Notes: generated from the letters alone by a model not told the origin. Positions 49,663 through 61,969 are shown, counted from the first letter of the stretch. The stretch is DNA of 64,000 bases from Octopus sinensis (GCF_006345805.1 NC_043022.1:16740001-16804000), one strand, 5' to 3'. Made by a program: numbers and translations.

Positions 49663-51079
49663 CACGCACACATGTATATGTTGGGTTTCTTTCAGTTTCC
49701 ACCTACCGAATCCATTCACAAAGCTTAGGTCAGCCTGAAGCGATAGTAGAAGACACTTGGCCAAGGTGCCTCACAGCAGGACTGAACATGGAACCATGTG
49801 GTTGGGAAGCAAACTTCCTACATCATAGTCTTGCCTAAATAAAAAAAAAAATCTCTTAAACAACCAAAAACATGCAAATAAAACATGTATAGAATTGCCT
49901 GAGCACCAGCCTCCTCTTTCTATTCCACAACAAACAAATCGTTTGACAACATGTTTCAACTTGAGACGAACGGACAAGTTATTCAACCGGCCACATCACT
50001 GACTCACTCCAAATTAATTGTCTCTCCTGCATTGGCTTTTGTTTTCTCCTCTTAAGCAAGACCAACAACTCAACAACATTAATAGATTACTGTTTATTAA
50101 GTCAGACTCTATCTACCAAGTCATCTTGACCACATTTGCAATCTATTTATCTACTACCTACTTGCCTACCTATCTATCTATCAATATCTTTTACTTGTTT
50201 CAGTCATTAAACTGTGGCCATGCTGGGGCAATGTCTTGAAGAATTTTAGCTGAATAAATCAACCCCAGTACTTAATTTTTCTGATAAGCTTAGTACTTAT
50301 CCTATCAAACTCTTTTGCCGAACTGCTAAGTCACGGGGACATAAGCACACCAACACCATTTGTCAAACAGTGGGGGGGGGGACAAACACAGACACAAACA
50401 TACACACAACACACACCACACACACAAACAAACAAAGATGATATGGCAACACTGTTAGTAGGATTGGTAGGGAGGAAGATGCAAAGAAATAAAAATGAAA
50501 TAAATTGAAACATTAAAGAATAATTCAGTGAAGTTACTTGAGAGGAAATAAGTTTAATTTTCAGAAATAGGTTGAGGGATTTAGTTCCTTATTTTAGGGA
50601 TCACAGAAGCTTGAAATATTCATGGACATAAATGTTTCAAGTATTTTAAAAGTTTCTTAAATTTCTTAAATTGATTATCAATGTTGCAATTGTCCTACTT
50701 CTTCCCCCTAATCAAATTGATACCAAGGGAACCCTAATCAAACCCTAATACCCCTAATCAAATTAATACCAATGGAACAACTTGGACTCCCATGACAGAT
50801 TTTCTGTAGCAGAAATAGGAAATCAGATGACCCCTACTGCTACTTAGGAAACTCTGCTGCCTCTGGACAGGATAACTGTCACAAGATTAACCTCCTGCTT
50901 CTGGTGTGTCCCCTTTTCAGCTGAGAGAACTGAAGCAATTCGAAATGAAGGGCTTTGCTCTAAGACACAACATCACAGTATCGACCAGATTATTGGGTGT
51001 TGTTATACAATGTTTCAGCTTTCAAATGATGCCACTCCATTGGCTAGGCAAGCAGGCCAACATTCGGGTTAGTGGTTAA

Positions 51080-51424
51080 GGACGTTATCAAAGAAGCTTG
51101 AGAGGCAGTTGGATGGAACCTACACTCGCCTCCTTATGAGAGCTCAAAATCTCTCGTGGAAGCGCCATCCAACCAAAATGCAAATATATGGGAAATTACC
51201 ACCTGTGTCATCTCTTGTGAAAGGTAGGAGAGTCCAGTTTGCTGGACATTGTTGTAGAGCTGAAAAAGAGGTAATTTCTACTCTTCTCCTCTGGAACCCA
51301 TCTACTCGCAATACCAGAGGGCACAACAGGACCTCCGTAATGCCATGATGGACCATGAAGTCTGGCGTAGCATGGTAAATTCCATTGTCTCGACCACGGT
51401 CGAACAATGATGATGATGATGACA
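51080..51424 (+). mobile_element. RTE-clade LINE 3' fragment with (TGA)n tail
   Basis: TLSKKLERQLDGTYTRLLMRAQNLSWKRHPTKMQIYGKLPPVSSLVKGRRVQFAGHCCR..LLLW, an RTE thumb/C-terminal signature. Confidence 0.85.
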
Positions 51425-52258
51425 ACGACAATGATGATGACGACGACAATGGTGTAAAGCAACAACAGTGTTGCTATCTTCTTATTGTTGGTCTGTTCTT
51501 GATGATGGTGATGACAGCAGTGGTGGTGTGGCAATGACGGCATGGTGTTGCTATGGCAGTTATGATTATGAGGATTATCATCACCATCATTACCATGGTG
51601 ATGATGATCCTCATCATCATGGTAAGTGATGATGATGATGATGATGATGAGAATGATGACTGTGTCAGATTCTAATTGATCAAAGTGTCACAAAGAACCC
51701 ATTGGAAAAATGGAACAACATCTGAGATAAGACATGAAGGAACTCAAAAGACTGAGGAAGAAGAAAAGATAAGCACGACTGGGGTGGTGGGGGGGATGGA
51801 CGGATTGGGGGGGTGCATGGTTGAAGGAGGAGGAAGAGAAGCAAAGAAACAGAGGGAGGAGGAGAGAAAAAAAACAAAAGGAGGGATTGGAAAGAGGAAA
51901 TGTTAAAATATGTTTTGATGAGAAGAAAACCTAGAAAAATATAAAAAAGATTGTATCTTGTTTTCCCTTAATTGGAAATATCCTTTATCTCTTAGATTTC
52001 CATTGTCCGATCTCCCTTGATGCTTCCATTTGAAGTCAACTGCTTTTGTTTTTTTTTATTGTTGTTGTTCTTGTTGTTGCTGTTGCTGTTATGGATTCAT
52101 TATTGTTGAGAGTTTCATGTAAAGATCTTCATCAATCATCAGAATTCGAATTCAATAAAATATCTGGGGTTTTTTGTTTTGTTTTGTTTTTTAACTGATT
52201 GGTTTTCCTTTGTTCTTTTATATATTTTTTTGTTTTTTGTTTGTTTCCTCCCCTCCAG

Positions 52259-52452
52259 ATCCAAGACACAGTTGAAGCTATCGTTCAACACTTAATCGAA
52301 TACCAAGAGAAACGTGTTAAATCTCGCAACCACAAATGTGACATCTCCTGTGATAAAAACTGCCTGCATTCCAAATGCTGTAAGATTTCGCCCAAAGGAG
52401 TTGAACCGACAACAGGAAGTGTCAACAGTAACAGCAGCAACGACCATGGCAG
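52259..52452 (+). CDS. CAMTA: CAMTA exon (phase 0 to 2) with Cys/His cluster and ISPK motif
   Basis: ttcctcccctccag|ATC CAA..GGC AG|gtaaag, 64 codons + 2 nt. TVEAIVQHLI..HKC..KISPK parallels human SVEQLVQQIL..HNC..RIISPK (recalled). Confidence 0.93.
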
Positions 52453-52631
52453 GTAAAGGGGCTACTTTTTTAGGGGGGTTTAAAGAGGGTGGGGTTCCGT
52501 TTCTGCGACCATCAAGTATCCTCTGACACTGTCGACATTGATGCCATCTCTATCCTGTTGGAACGTCTGTCTGTTGCTGTGTGCAAGAAATATGTTTGTG
52601 AGTCAGGGAAGGAGTGATTCCAGAATGGTTG

Positions 52632-52789
52632 AGGAGTGGCTGTGTAGTAAGTAGCTTGCTAATCAACCACATGGTTCCGGGTTCAGTCCCACTGCGTGGC
52701 ACCTTCGGCAAGTGTCTTCTGCTATAGCCCCGGGCCGACCAATGCCTTGTGAGTGGATTTGGTAGACAGAAACTGAAAGAAACCTGTCG

Positions 52790-52830
<41 letters not shown>

Positions 52831-53047
52831 ATATGTTTGTGCGTCTGTGTTTGTCCCCCTAGCATTGCTTGACAACCGATGCTGGTATGTTTACGTCCCC
52901 ATCACTTAGCGGTTCGGCAAAAGAGACCGATAGAATAAGTACTGGGCTTACAAAGAATAAGTCCCGGGGTCGATTTGCTCGACTGAAAGGCGGTGCTCCA
53001 GCATGGCCGCAGTCGAATGAATGAAACAAGTAAAAGAGTAAAAGAGT
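52632..53047 (+). mobile_element. Well-preserved SINE family B
   Basis: Full head-to-tail match with 44289 and 46241 copies. Confidence 0.85.
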
Positions 53048-53123
53048 ATCCCAAGAGGAAATATGGTTAATGTGGGTCCTTGATGTTTGCATACTTACTG
53101 AAGCCCTTTGCCTCCTATGGAGC

Positions 53124-53549
53124 CAGTGCTGGATTAACAATTGAGCAAAATAAGCACATGCTTAGGGCATCAAGGGAAGGGAAAGTGGGGGTCACCACAG
53201 AAATGGTAAATAGTTCATGGCACAAAAGAAATCACTTGAAACTCGTTAAATAAAATTCAGGATTCCTTTATCTCTACTAAGTATAGAAGCAGATGTGTTA
53301 CGTAAAATTAATTTTGAAGATTTCATCAGACTTTACAATCAAAAAAGTTGGAGAAAACTTTTCAAATATAAATTGAGGAGAAATCTACAAAACAAAACAT
53401 TATTTTCCAGCTTTCTCTTGGTTTTGTTTCATTTTGAAAAATAAAAGTTCCTTTTATGGTTTATTATTGTTTATATTTTGAATTACATTATGGGGACATC
53501 AAAGCCTTTTAAGTGCATTGGGGCCTCTATAGGTCTTAATCTGGTCCTG
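53124..53549 (+). mobile_element. Non-autonomous hAT element retaining the transposase C-terminus
   Basis: Perfect 8-bp TSD TATGGAGC (53116-53123, 53550-53557). Imperfect TIRs CAGTGCTGGATTAA / TTAATCTGGTCCTG. Internal SLLSIEADVLRKINFEDFI is hATC dimerisation-like. Confidence 0.88.
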
Positions 53550-53699
53550 TATGGAGCATAGGCCATTGTTGACTTTTCTCCTCTATTCTCAGTCCTGGGC
53601 TGTCCTTAAAGTGTAGCCTAGCCATCTCCTCTCGTGACCCAAAGAAAGACCTTCTTCCATAAATTGTTGGTTTTTGAATTGTCATTGATGCATCTGTAA

Positions 53700-53935
53700 C
53701 TTTGCATTTTTCTAGTTAGGGTTGTTGATCCCCTATGCAAACCCACTTTTTACCTCTGGCGAGAGGTCAACCAAATTAATCTGGCTTCTGTCCTTTGACC
53801 TGTCCAGCATGTGAGGCCCTGCCATGAGCTTGCACTCCACTGGCATAGCTCTCAGGGTCATAGTGACACACAATCCATTGCAAGGCAGCGAGGGTTTCAC
53901 TTTGATGGGGCCGGGTTCTGGGTGGTAAAACATAA
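53700..53935. mobile_element. Probable LINE (RTE-like) 5' UTR remnant just upstream of the large exon
   Basis: ggcatagctctcagggtcat..acacaa..aagg motif recalled from RTE 5' regions; not verified. Confidence 0.35.
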
Positions 53936-54000
53936 TAAGGGCAATGTGGGTAGATGAAGGATGAAAGTAAACAAGCTCCTTGTCCTTCTTCATTTTTCAG

Positions 54001-55165
54001 GTTGGTCTCATTGCTGCAGAGAAATCGGGCCAACCGAGCGGCGGCGGCGGCAGCAGCAGCAGCAGCAGCGGCAGCAGCAGGAGTAGCGACAACAGCACCA
54101 GTGAGTGAAAGTATGCTCATTACTACAACACCGTCCACTAGTGTCACGGACTCTTCGACATCTACTTCTACGGATGTTGTGCCTCCCTCTACTCCGGTCA
54201 TTTTTAACTTTGCAAACATCCAAGGCAGCAACAGCTTACTCATTGTAAGTGGCCAAACCACAAACCCCCTCTCTATCATTTCGAACTCCATGACAAACCA
54301 ACAACAATCCATGTCCAGCACTGGACAGCCAGTCGGTTCGGCCATACAGCCCACCTTAGCGACGTCGGCACACACTTTGGGAACAGAAATTAAAGTCGAG
54401 CCAGGAAGCACCAGTTCAACCAGTTCCGCGATCACGCACTCCACTTCTAATAGGGCGATGTTACCTGTTCCCATGGCAACAGAAATCTCAGAAACGGGTC
54501 ATACTTCGAAAGATGTTCCAAAAGAAATCAACATTAAGACTGAACCCATGAACATATTCTCTCCTGCTTTCCATCTCTCTCATGACGATGTCCAAAAAAC
54601 CCTTCAGGCAACAGTTTCTTCGGCATCAGATTTCGCTTCCACTTCTATGGACTCCAAAGATGTCTCCACTGACCTGACTAACTGTGATAACCTAACTCTC
54701 AATACTGCTTCTCTTCAGAACAATGATCTCAGTTTGGATAGCCTCGACATTCTGGATCTGCCCGATCTGGAGAAACTTTATTCCAATATGAACCCGTCTT
54801 CATCTGATCATTCTACATTTGATAGCATTAGCCGTGACTTCATCACTTGCGCCAGCTGCTTAGACTCTCAGCGAACAACGCAGCAACAAAATCCAGCACA
54901 ACAGGAAGAGCAACAACAGCAACAACAGTCTCAGCCACAGCAGCAGCAGCAGCAGCCACAAACTCATCCTCATCCACACCATCATACACAACAGGCTGGG
55001 CAGTCACAGACACATCACAATTCAGGGGGACAGCAAGGGCCACCATCGTCACAATCCCAGCATACCATTCTACCAGATTCAAGCATCTCGCAATCTACAG
55101 AATCGCACTCAAATTCTGAACAAGCACCAATTACAGATTTTTGCCCAGAGTGGTCCTATACAGAG
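54001..55165 (+). CDS. CAMTA: CAMTA large exon (phase 2 to 0): polyA, S/T-rich and acidic activation region, polyQ/His, start of TIG domain
   Basis: ttcttcatttttcag|G TTG..ACA GAG|gtaggt, 1165 nt = 1 + 388 codons, open. Ends ITDFCPEWSYTE (human VTDYSPEWSYPE, recalled). Confidence 0.96.
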
Positions 55166-55919
55166 GTAGGTGACTTTTTCCCCCCTTTCAAAGCTTTACT
55201 TGAAATATTTGGCTGTGGTTATTTTGACCGAAAACAGCCCTAATCATAGCAACCTAGTATCAACGTTGTTCCTGCCATCACCTTCCCAGCTTTACTACTA
55301 GCTATGATATCATAATATAATATATATGCATTGGAAACACAGCAAGCTTGCATATCTAATGCATCATTCCTATCATTTAGATGGTTGGATGTAATATGAA
55401 GGAGATTTGGTGTCTCTTTCTGCACAGAGACTCTTTCAAACAGAGATGATACATTTGTTGAACATTGACCTGCAGCGGTCATGTCAGAGACGGAGTTTCT
55501 TTGTGTCAGTTGAATCCTTTCAAGAGGTGTATCATTGCTTTCACAATTCCATTTTTGTCTGTGGTGGTCATATATAAAGATGACTAAAAAAGAAATTATT
55601 GAATCTTTACCAAAACTGAAGCAGACAATGGCAGATTTCTAGCATCAAATACAGGTTTATGTTCATACTTATGCAGATGCCAGTTCATACACCCTGTGGA
55701 GGAAGTTTTAAAACCTCTCTAAAAATTAAAATATATTTTTTCTGCTACAGTAAAAATAAGATTTTTTTTTTTGTTATTGGCAGCCAAATTGTTTATTTAG
55801 TAAAAAAAATTGAAGGGTAAAAATGTAAAAAAAGATTGGACAAAAGAATTCTTTCACAGAAGGCGAACAGTTCCTCAGTTTCTTGTCCTTTTCTTTCCTC
55901 ATGAAGTAGTAGTAACCAT

Positions 55920-56310
55920 TCCGAAAGTCTGGTGGCTGAATGGTTAAGAGGCTTACTTCCCAACCATATGATCTTGAGTTCAGTCCCACTCTGTAGCACC
56001 TTGGGTAAGTACCTCCTACTATAGCCTCAGGCTGATCAAACCCTTGTGACTGAACTTGGTAGGCAGAAACTGAAAGAAGCCCATCATGTGTGTGTGTGTG
56101 TGCATGTCATTGTGTTTGTCTCCCATAACCATTTGACAACTGGTGTTGGTTTGTTCACATCCCTGTAACTTAGCAGTGCAGCTACAAGATACCAGTAGAA
56201 TAAGTACCAGGCTTTAGAAAAATAAGTGAATTTGTTCCACTAAAGCTCTTTGGGGTGGTGCCCCAGCATGGCCACAGTCCAAAGATTGAAACAAGTGCAA
56301 TATAAAAGAA
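55920..56310 (+). mobile_element. SINE family B (older copy)
   Basis: Degenerate family B head, (TG)n middle and gaaacaag tail. Confidence 0.75.
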
Positions 56311-56427
56311 CCCTTAAGTAAATATAAAAAACTTGGCTGTCGATAACAAAGGAAGTAGAGAGAGTAAAAATGACTGTGTGTAATTGTAATCTCATTTGCT
56401 GAATAATTCTTGTTTTTCTCTTAACAG

Positions 56428-56554
56428 GGCAGTACCAAGGTTCTTGTGACAGGGCCTTGGTTTTCTACAAGTTGTTCCTATAGCTGTGTATTTGGTGGAA
56501 TCAGTGTACCAGCCCTTCTTGTTCAACCAGGAGTTTTACGTTGCTTTGCGCCAG
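56428..56554 (+). CDS. CAMTA: CAMTA exon (phase 0 to 1), TIG/IPT domain
   Basis: ttttctcttaacag|GGC..CCA G|gtttgt. GSTKVLVTGPWFSTSCSYSCVFGGISVPALLVQPGVLRCFAP. Confidence 0.97.
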
Positions 56555-58074
56555 GTTTGTTGTCTTATCTCAAAAACTCATCTACTCTACAGCAAGACAG
56601 TCATAGTTGTACCATCTCTAGTTCTAATCTCTCATCATCTGGCACAAAGCCACACCTCCTCAATAAGGGGTGGGGGGATGACCAGTGATGGAGGAGGTAA
56701 GGGGAGGGTAGAGGATGACTGACAGTGCAGGTAAAAAGTGAGGAGAGGGGGAGGATGAGAGAGAGAGAGAGAGAGAGAGACGACATGTGGTTAAGTGCGT
56801 TACAGGAGTGGTGGTGAGAGAGAGAGCTGATGTAGTGCATGAGGAGGCTTCAGAGCTTGTGGTGATGGTGGAGAAGGGGAGATAATATGAGTTAGCTGCT
56901 ATAAGGAGCAGAGGCCCTTACAGTAGTGGTAGAAAGAACAGAGAGAGGAGACACAGTATAGCTGTGAGTTAGAGACTGGTGTGTGTGTGTGTATGTATGT
57001 GTTTGACTTCATGGTAGACAGTTGAATGGTTTTTCACCAAATGACATGCAACAAAAAAGAAGAAGAAGAGAATGAAACCATTTTCACAACATGTCTGCTC
57101 GTGTCTGTTCAGTCAACTAATAAGCTTTATTAAAATTGTTTTGTTTTAATTATTTTAAATCATAATCACATTTGCTACTCCTTTGAAACTCCCAATGGAT
57201 ACGGCATGGATTTTTTTTCTTCTCCCTTTTTTTTTTTATTCTGCTACTTTTCCTGTTTTTTTTTTTGTTTTTTTTATGACTGTGTTGATCGATTATATAT
57301 TTTTCTAAATGATGGCAGGTATGAATTAATGATAGTTTTTAATCAATAAATATCGACAGATTTCAATGAAAGGTGGTTTGGGATTGTTTATTAGGAATAT
57401 TGAACATGTTTTGGTTGTGTCAAAAAGACGTTGACATTAATTCTATAAAAGTCTCCAGGTAACACCAAAAGACAACAGAGAGAGACTCTTGTTGACATTT
57501 TTTTTGTTTCTACTCTTGCTCCACCTTGGCACAAAACACAACCAATAAATGAATAGAAAAATAAAATTTTTAAATATTTTTTCTCTTGATTTTTTAAAAA
57601 TTAAGTTAGTCACTCCTGCATACTAATTAACAGCGTACTAACTAATTAAATTCACATTAATAAATTAAACAGCATGTTTTTGATGATAGTAAAAAAAGCT
57701 GGCGTTTCGAAGTTTTTGCTGTTTAAAACATTTACAAAATTATGTTTTGTTTTATATTATTTTTATATTCAACCTACAAATGTATGTTTTTTTATATTAC
57801 TTTATTTTTAGCTAACAAAAATATTTTTTCTTTTTATATTATTTTATATTATTTTATATTTAACCCTTTCACATTTAAATTCTGTCAAATGTAATGCTTA
57901 TTTATTCCCATTTTTAAAAAATTAATCCTGCCTTATTTCATAGCTTCAAGATTTCAATGATGTGAATGTTTATTATTTTCAGAATAACATTGTAGGGTTG
58001 GTGGGAGAGGCCAGATCTGGATAGTTTTTAACATAAAAAATTGTAAACATTCTGATAACCTTAAGCACCAGATG

Positions 58075-58485
58075 GAGGCATGGCTGTGTGGCAAGAAGTT
58101 TGCTTCTCAGCCACATGGTTCTGAGTTCAATCCCACTGCATGACACCTTGAACAAGTGTTTTCTACTGTAGCCTCAGGCCAACCAAAGCCTTGTGAGTAG
58201 ATTTGGTAGACAGAAACACACACATATATATATATATATGTGTATGTATGTCTTTGTGTCTGTGTTTGTCTCCTGTCACTGCTTGACATCCAGTGTGATG
58301 GTGTGTTTACATCCTCATAACTAAGCAGTTCAGCAAAAGAGACTGATAGAATAAGTACCAAGCTTTACAAAAAAAAAAAAAAAAATAACAAGTCTGGGCT
58401 CAAATCGTTCAATTAAAATTCTTCAAAGCAGTGATCCAGCATGGCCATAGTCTAACGACTGAAACAAGTAAAATATAAAAGATAT
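58075..58485 (+). mobile_element. SINE family B
   Basis: ggcatggctgtgtggcaagaag..gactgaaacaagtaaaa. Confidence 0.8.
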
Positions 58486-59062
58486 GATAGACTCTACTAA
58501 AGACACCTTAATTAACCATAATTAAGAACCACCTTAGTTACCCAATCAGCTACCCTTGTTGATTAAACATCTACTGGGTAAAAGAATTTATAAGAAAATT
58601 AGATTTTTCCCAAAATAAGTAAAACCCTTATTTTTGCCCACCTTGTGGTTCCCACCGAAACCCCTGAACCTGTTCACAATTAAACTAAGAAAAAGAAGAG
58701 ATACAATATTCTATTAGTGTCCCGTTACATCTCATGTTGCACATTGTGACCATTATACACCCACAAGAGTGTTTAACATGATTCCAATTCAACCATGGGC
58801 TGAGTATACCTAAAGTGGTTAATTTCAGTTACCCTTACTTTTTCTTATGATCAATAATACCCCAGCAATAACCATTATCTATTCTTAATGCCATCTAGGA
58901 CTACATTATCTAAAATATTGTTTTTATATTTAAGAGGACAAGGTGTAATTTGAGGGAAATTTAGTGACTATTTCTAGCAGGTAGGGCTATCAATGCCCCA
59001 TAGTTGTTTCAGTGATATTATTTGTATTGTGTTTCTATTTGTTTTTTGTATTTTTTTTGTAG

Positions 59063-59200
59063 CACATGAACCCCCAGGTCTTGTGACCCTACATGTCCAA
59101 AGTGAACACTACATCATATCAACCACAGTACTTTTTGAATATAAAGCTAGAGAAAAGCAGCAGTCCTCCCAGAGCCAGCAGGACTGGTTCTCTGTTGACG
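59063..59200 (+). CDS. CAMTA: CAMTA exon (phase 1 to 1), end of TIG domain
   Basis: ttttttttgtag|CA CAT..GAC G|gtgaga. AHEPPGLVTLHVQSEHYIISTTVLFEYKAREKQQSSQSQQDWFSVD. Confidence 0.97.
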
Positions 59201-59327
59201 GTGAGAACATGGATTTATTATTATTATTATTGTTGTTGTTCACATTTTAATTTAATATCGCCACCACCATCATCATCATCATCATCTTGTATTTTGTTTA
59301 ATTTGTTCATCTGGGGTTGAAGTTTAA

Positions 59328-59932
59328 CCTGTTAACTGCCGCAGCCTGTTACCAGAACTTACCTGTGATGCCACATATTTCTGGTCACACAGCAAACTGT
59401 TTAATTCCAAGCAAATGGAATTTGGTTTGCATTTTTACAATCTTTCATAATTAAACTTCAATATTTAGCATTCATATTATTTAAATGTGGAGGCGCAATG
59501 GCCCAGTGGTTAGGGCAGCGGACTTGCGGTTGTAGGATCGCGGTTTCGATTCCCAGACCGGGCGTTGTGAGTGTTTATTGAGCGAAAACACCTAAAAGCT
59601 CCACAAGGCTCCGGCAGGGGGTGGTGGCAATCCCTGCTGTACTCTTTCGCCACAACTTTCTCTCACTCTTTCTTCAGTTGGCCTACTTGCTTAGCCAGTG
59701 GGGTGGCGTCATTCGAAGGCTAAAACAATGCGAAGCGCATTGTGACCAGCGATGTGTAGCAACATCTGATAGCCTGGTTGGTCACGGTGATCACGGTGAT
59801 TATTTAAATATCCTCGAAACCATGTCAAAGATATAGAATAAAATATTTTCTCAGATTATGAACATGTAGCACCAATGGTGGCTGTGTGGAGTTTGCAACG
59901 AACCACTGGGGATACATGTGGCAGTCGACATG
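59328..59932. mobile_element. piggyBac-type MITE interrupted by a SINE
   Basis: TTAA|CCTGTTAACTGCC...GGCAGTCGACATG|TTAA imperfect TIRs with TTAA TSD. Confidence 0.7.
59487..59798 (+). mobile_element. Well-preserved tRNA-derived SINE (family E)
   Basis: A-box TGGCCCAGTGG, B-box GGTTTCGATTCCC, 11-bp TSD ATTATTTAAAT (59476-59486, 59799-59809). Confidence 0.88.
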
Positions 59933-60294
59933 TTAAGGCTTGAAAACCATTTTGTGTGTGTGTGTGTGTGTTGTATGATGTTCAAGTGTTTTTGTTGTTG
60001 ATATTGTACAACTGTTGTTAACTTTTGTTGTTTAAATTTGCTATTAAGTTAACTAACCAAACTACCATAATCACTGCCCCTCCTCCAATCGTTAATGTAG
60101 CAGCATTCATTCTGTGCTCCATGAAAGGTCAAAGAAGAGCTGACCCTTACTCTGCAACAAGTTTAACCATTTTATAGAAACTCTCCCTTTCTCTCCTCCT
60201 TTCTCTTTCTCTCTCTCTGTTGTTTCTGTTGCTGTTTAGCCCAGGGTCAAAGCTGTTTTAGCCACGACCCCTTTGTCTTTAATTTCCTTCTCCA

Positions 60295-60655
60295 AACAGG
60301 TGTGGCTGTGTGGTAAGAAGTTTGCTTCGCAGCCACACAGTTCAGGGTTCAGTCCTGCCATGTGGAACCTTGGGCAAATGTTGTCTACTGTAGCTTCAGG
60401 CTCACTAAATTCTGGTGAGTGGATTTGGTAGATGGAAACCGAAAGAAGCCCATGATGTGTGTGTGTGTGTGTCTGTTTGTCCTACCACCACCACTGCTTG
60501 ACAACCGGCATTGGTGTATTTACGTACCTGTAACTTAGCAGTTCAGCAAAAGAGACTGATTGAATAAGTACCAGGTTGAGGTCGATTCGTTCAACTAAGA
60601 ATTCCTCAAGGCAGTGCCCCAGCATGGCCACGGTCTAATGACTGAAACAAATGAA
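60295..60655 (+). mobile_element. SINE family B
   Basis: caggtgtggctgtgtggtaagaag..gactgaaacaa. Confidence 0.8.
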
Positions 60656-61969
60656 AATAGAAAATTAAATTTGCTCTCTCTTTATTAAGATGTTAAAGTG
60701 TAATGAAGGTGCCTAGCTTTGTGGCTCAGCTGACAGACTCACAAGTGTCAGGTTGTGAGTTCCATCCCCAGGCCAGGCAGTGCATTGAATCGAGTATCTT
60801 CAGCAAGGCACTTCATTCCACTTTGCTTGATTCCATTTCGCCAAAAACGAGTTGCATCTGTTGCAGAGGGTCATCTCACAGACTTTGAACCCCAAATCTT
60901 GGTAAACTCAATTACCCTTCATAGCTATGCTGAGCTCAGTGAATGAGGGTGTGGTATGATTGAGATTTGGCTGCAATTGAGTGAGACTTGGCTGCTATTT
61001 CTTGCATCTCCAATGGCCACATAGATGTTTCCATGTGAGTTTTCCCTCTCTTTCTCTTTAACTGTTCATGTGTATTCCTCCGCAAGTAAGGCTCTAATGA
61101 AAAAAGTATACAAGTATATGTGTCTGTGTATACATGAATGTGTGCATATACGTGTGTGTGTGCGCATGTATGTATATACATACATATACATGCATGTGTG
61201 TATATATATGTATATATACATATATACATACGTATGCTTGCATATATTACCAAATGTAAGTTATGATGTTATCAGACAGATAACAAAGACAGAGAAAAGA
61301 TGTAAGGAAATGTTTTAAAAAAGAAACAAACAAACAAAAAAAAGGGAGGGATGGGGTTGGTGGTGATGGAGAGGTTGCAGAATAAAGAAGAAGAAGAAAA
61401 GAAAGAAAGAATAAAAGCTTTTTTTTATTCCCCATTTGTTTGCTTTCGTTTTCCTTCTTCCATGTTTTAAGCTTGTATCGATGTGGTTTATTTGAATAAT
61501 TGATTGTAATTTTCAAGAAGCAAAAAGACACACCACCACAAGTGATATTTTACTCCCAACAGCCCCAGACACACAACTCAAAGAATTCTCTGAGACTTTT
61601 TAGTCTGGTTCGCTTTTGGCTTTGTTTGTTTGTTGTTGTTGTTGGTGTTGTTTTTTATATTTCTTTCAATCCGTTTTTTTTTTATTTGTTTTGTTTTTCT
61701 AAAGCATTATCTATTTTCTATCCATATCACTGATTACAAAACACACACACACACACACACACACATACACAAATTTAAATCAATTCTTTTGGCGTCAGTT
61801 GTAAACTTACCATTTCCACCCTGTCGCCACCCCTTTCATTTTGCCATGCAATCAGCTTAGCATATTCCAGTCAAAAGCTAAAAAGGAATTAATAATAATA
61901 ATAATAGTAATAATAATAATAATAATAATAACAACAGCAATTATGATAGTAATAATAAGTCTTTCTTCT

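Noticed and set aside
50705-50778. Telomere-like CCCTAA repeats
   Set aside because: Only four CCCTAAT motifs inside a short local duplication, not a tandem telomeric array.
53776-54474. 232-aa minus-strand ORF
   Set aside because: Antisense shadow of the CAMTA exon (GCN repeats are open on both strands); no independent signals.
53954-55243. 429-aa ORF as a standalone gene starting at 53954
   Set aside because: Acceptor at 54000 and donor at 55166 in matching phases show it is an internal CAMTA exon; the ORF ends are intronic read-through.
59487-59565. tRNA gene
   Set aside because: A and B boxes continue into a SINE body with TSD and I could not build a cloverleaf. The same applies to the heads of families A, B and D.
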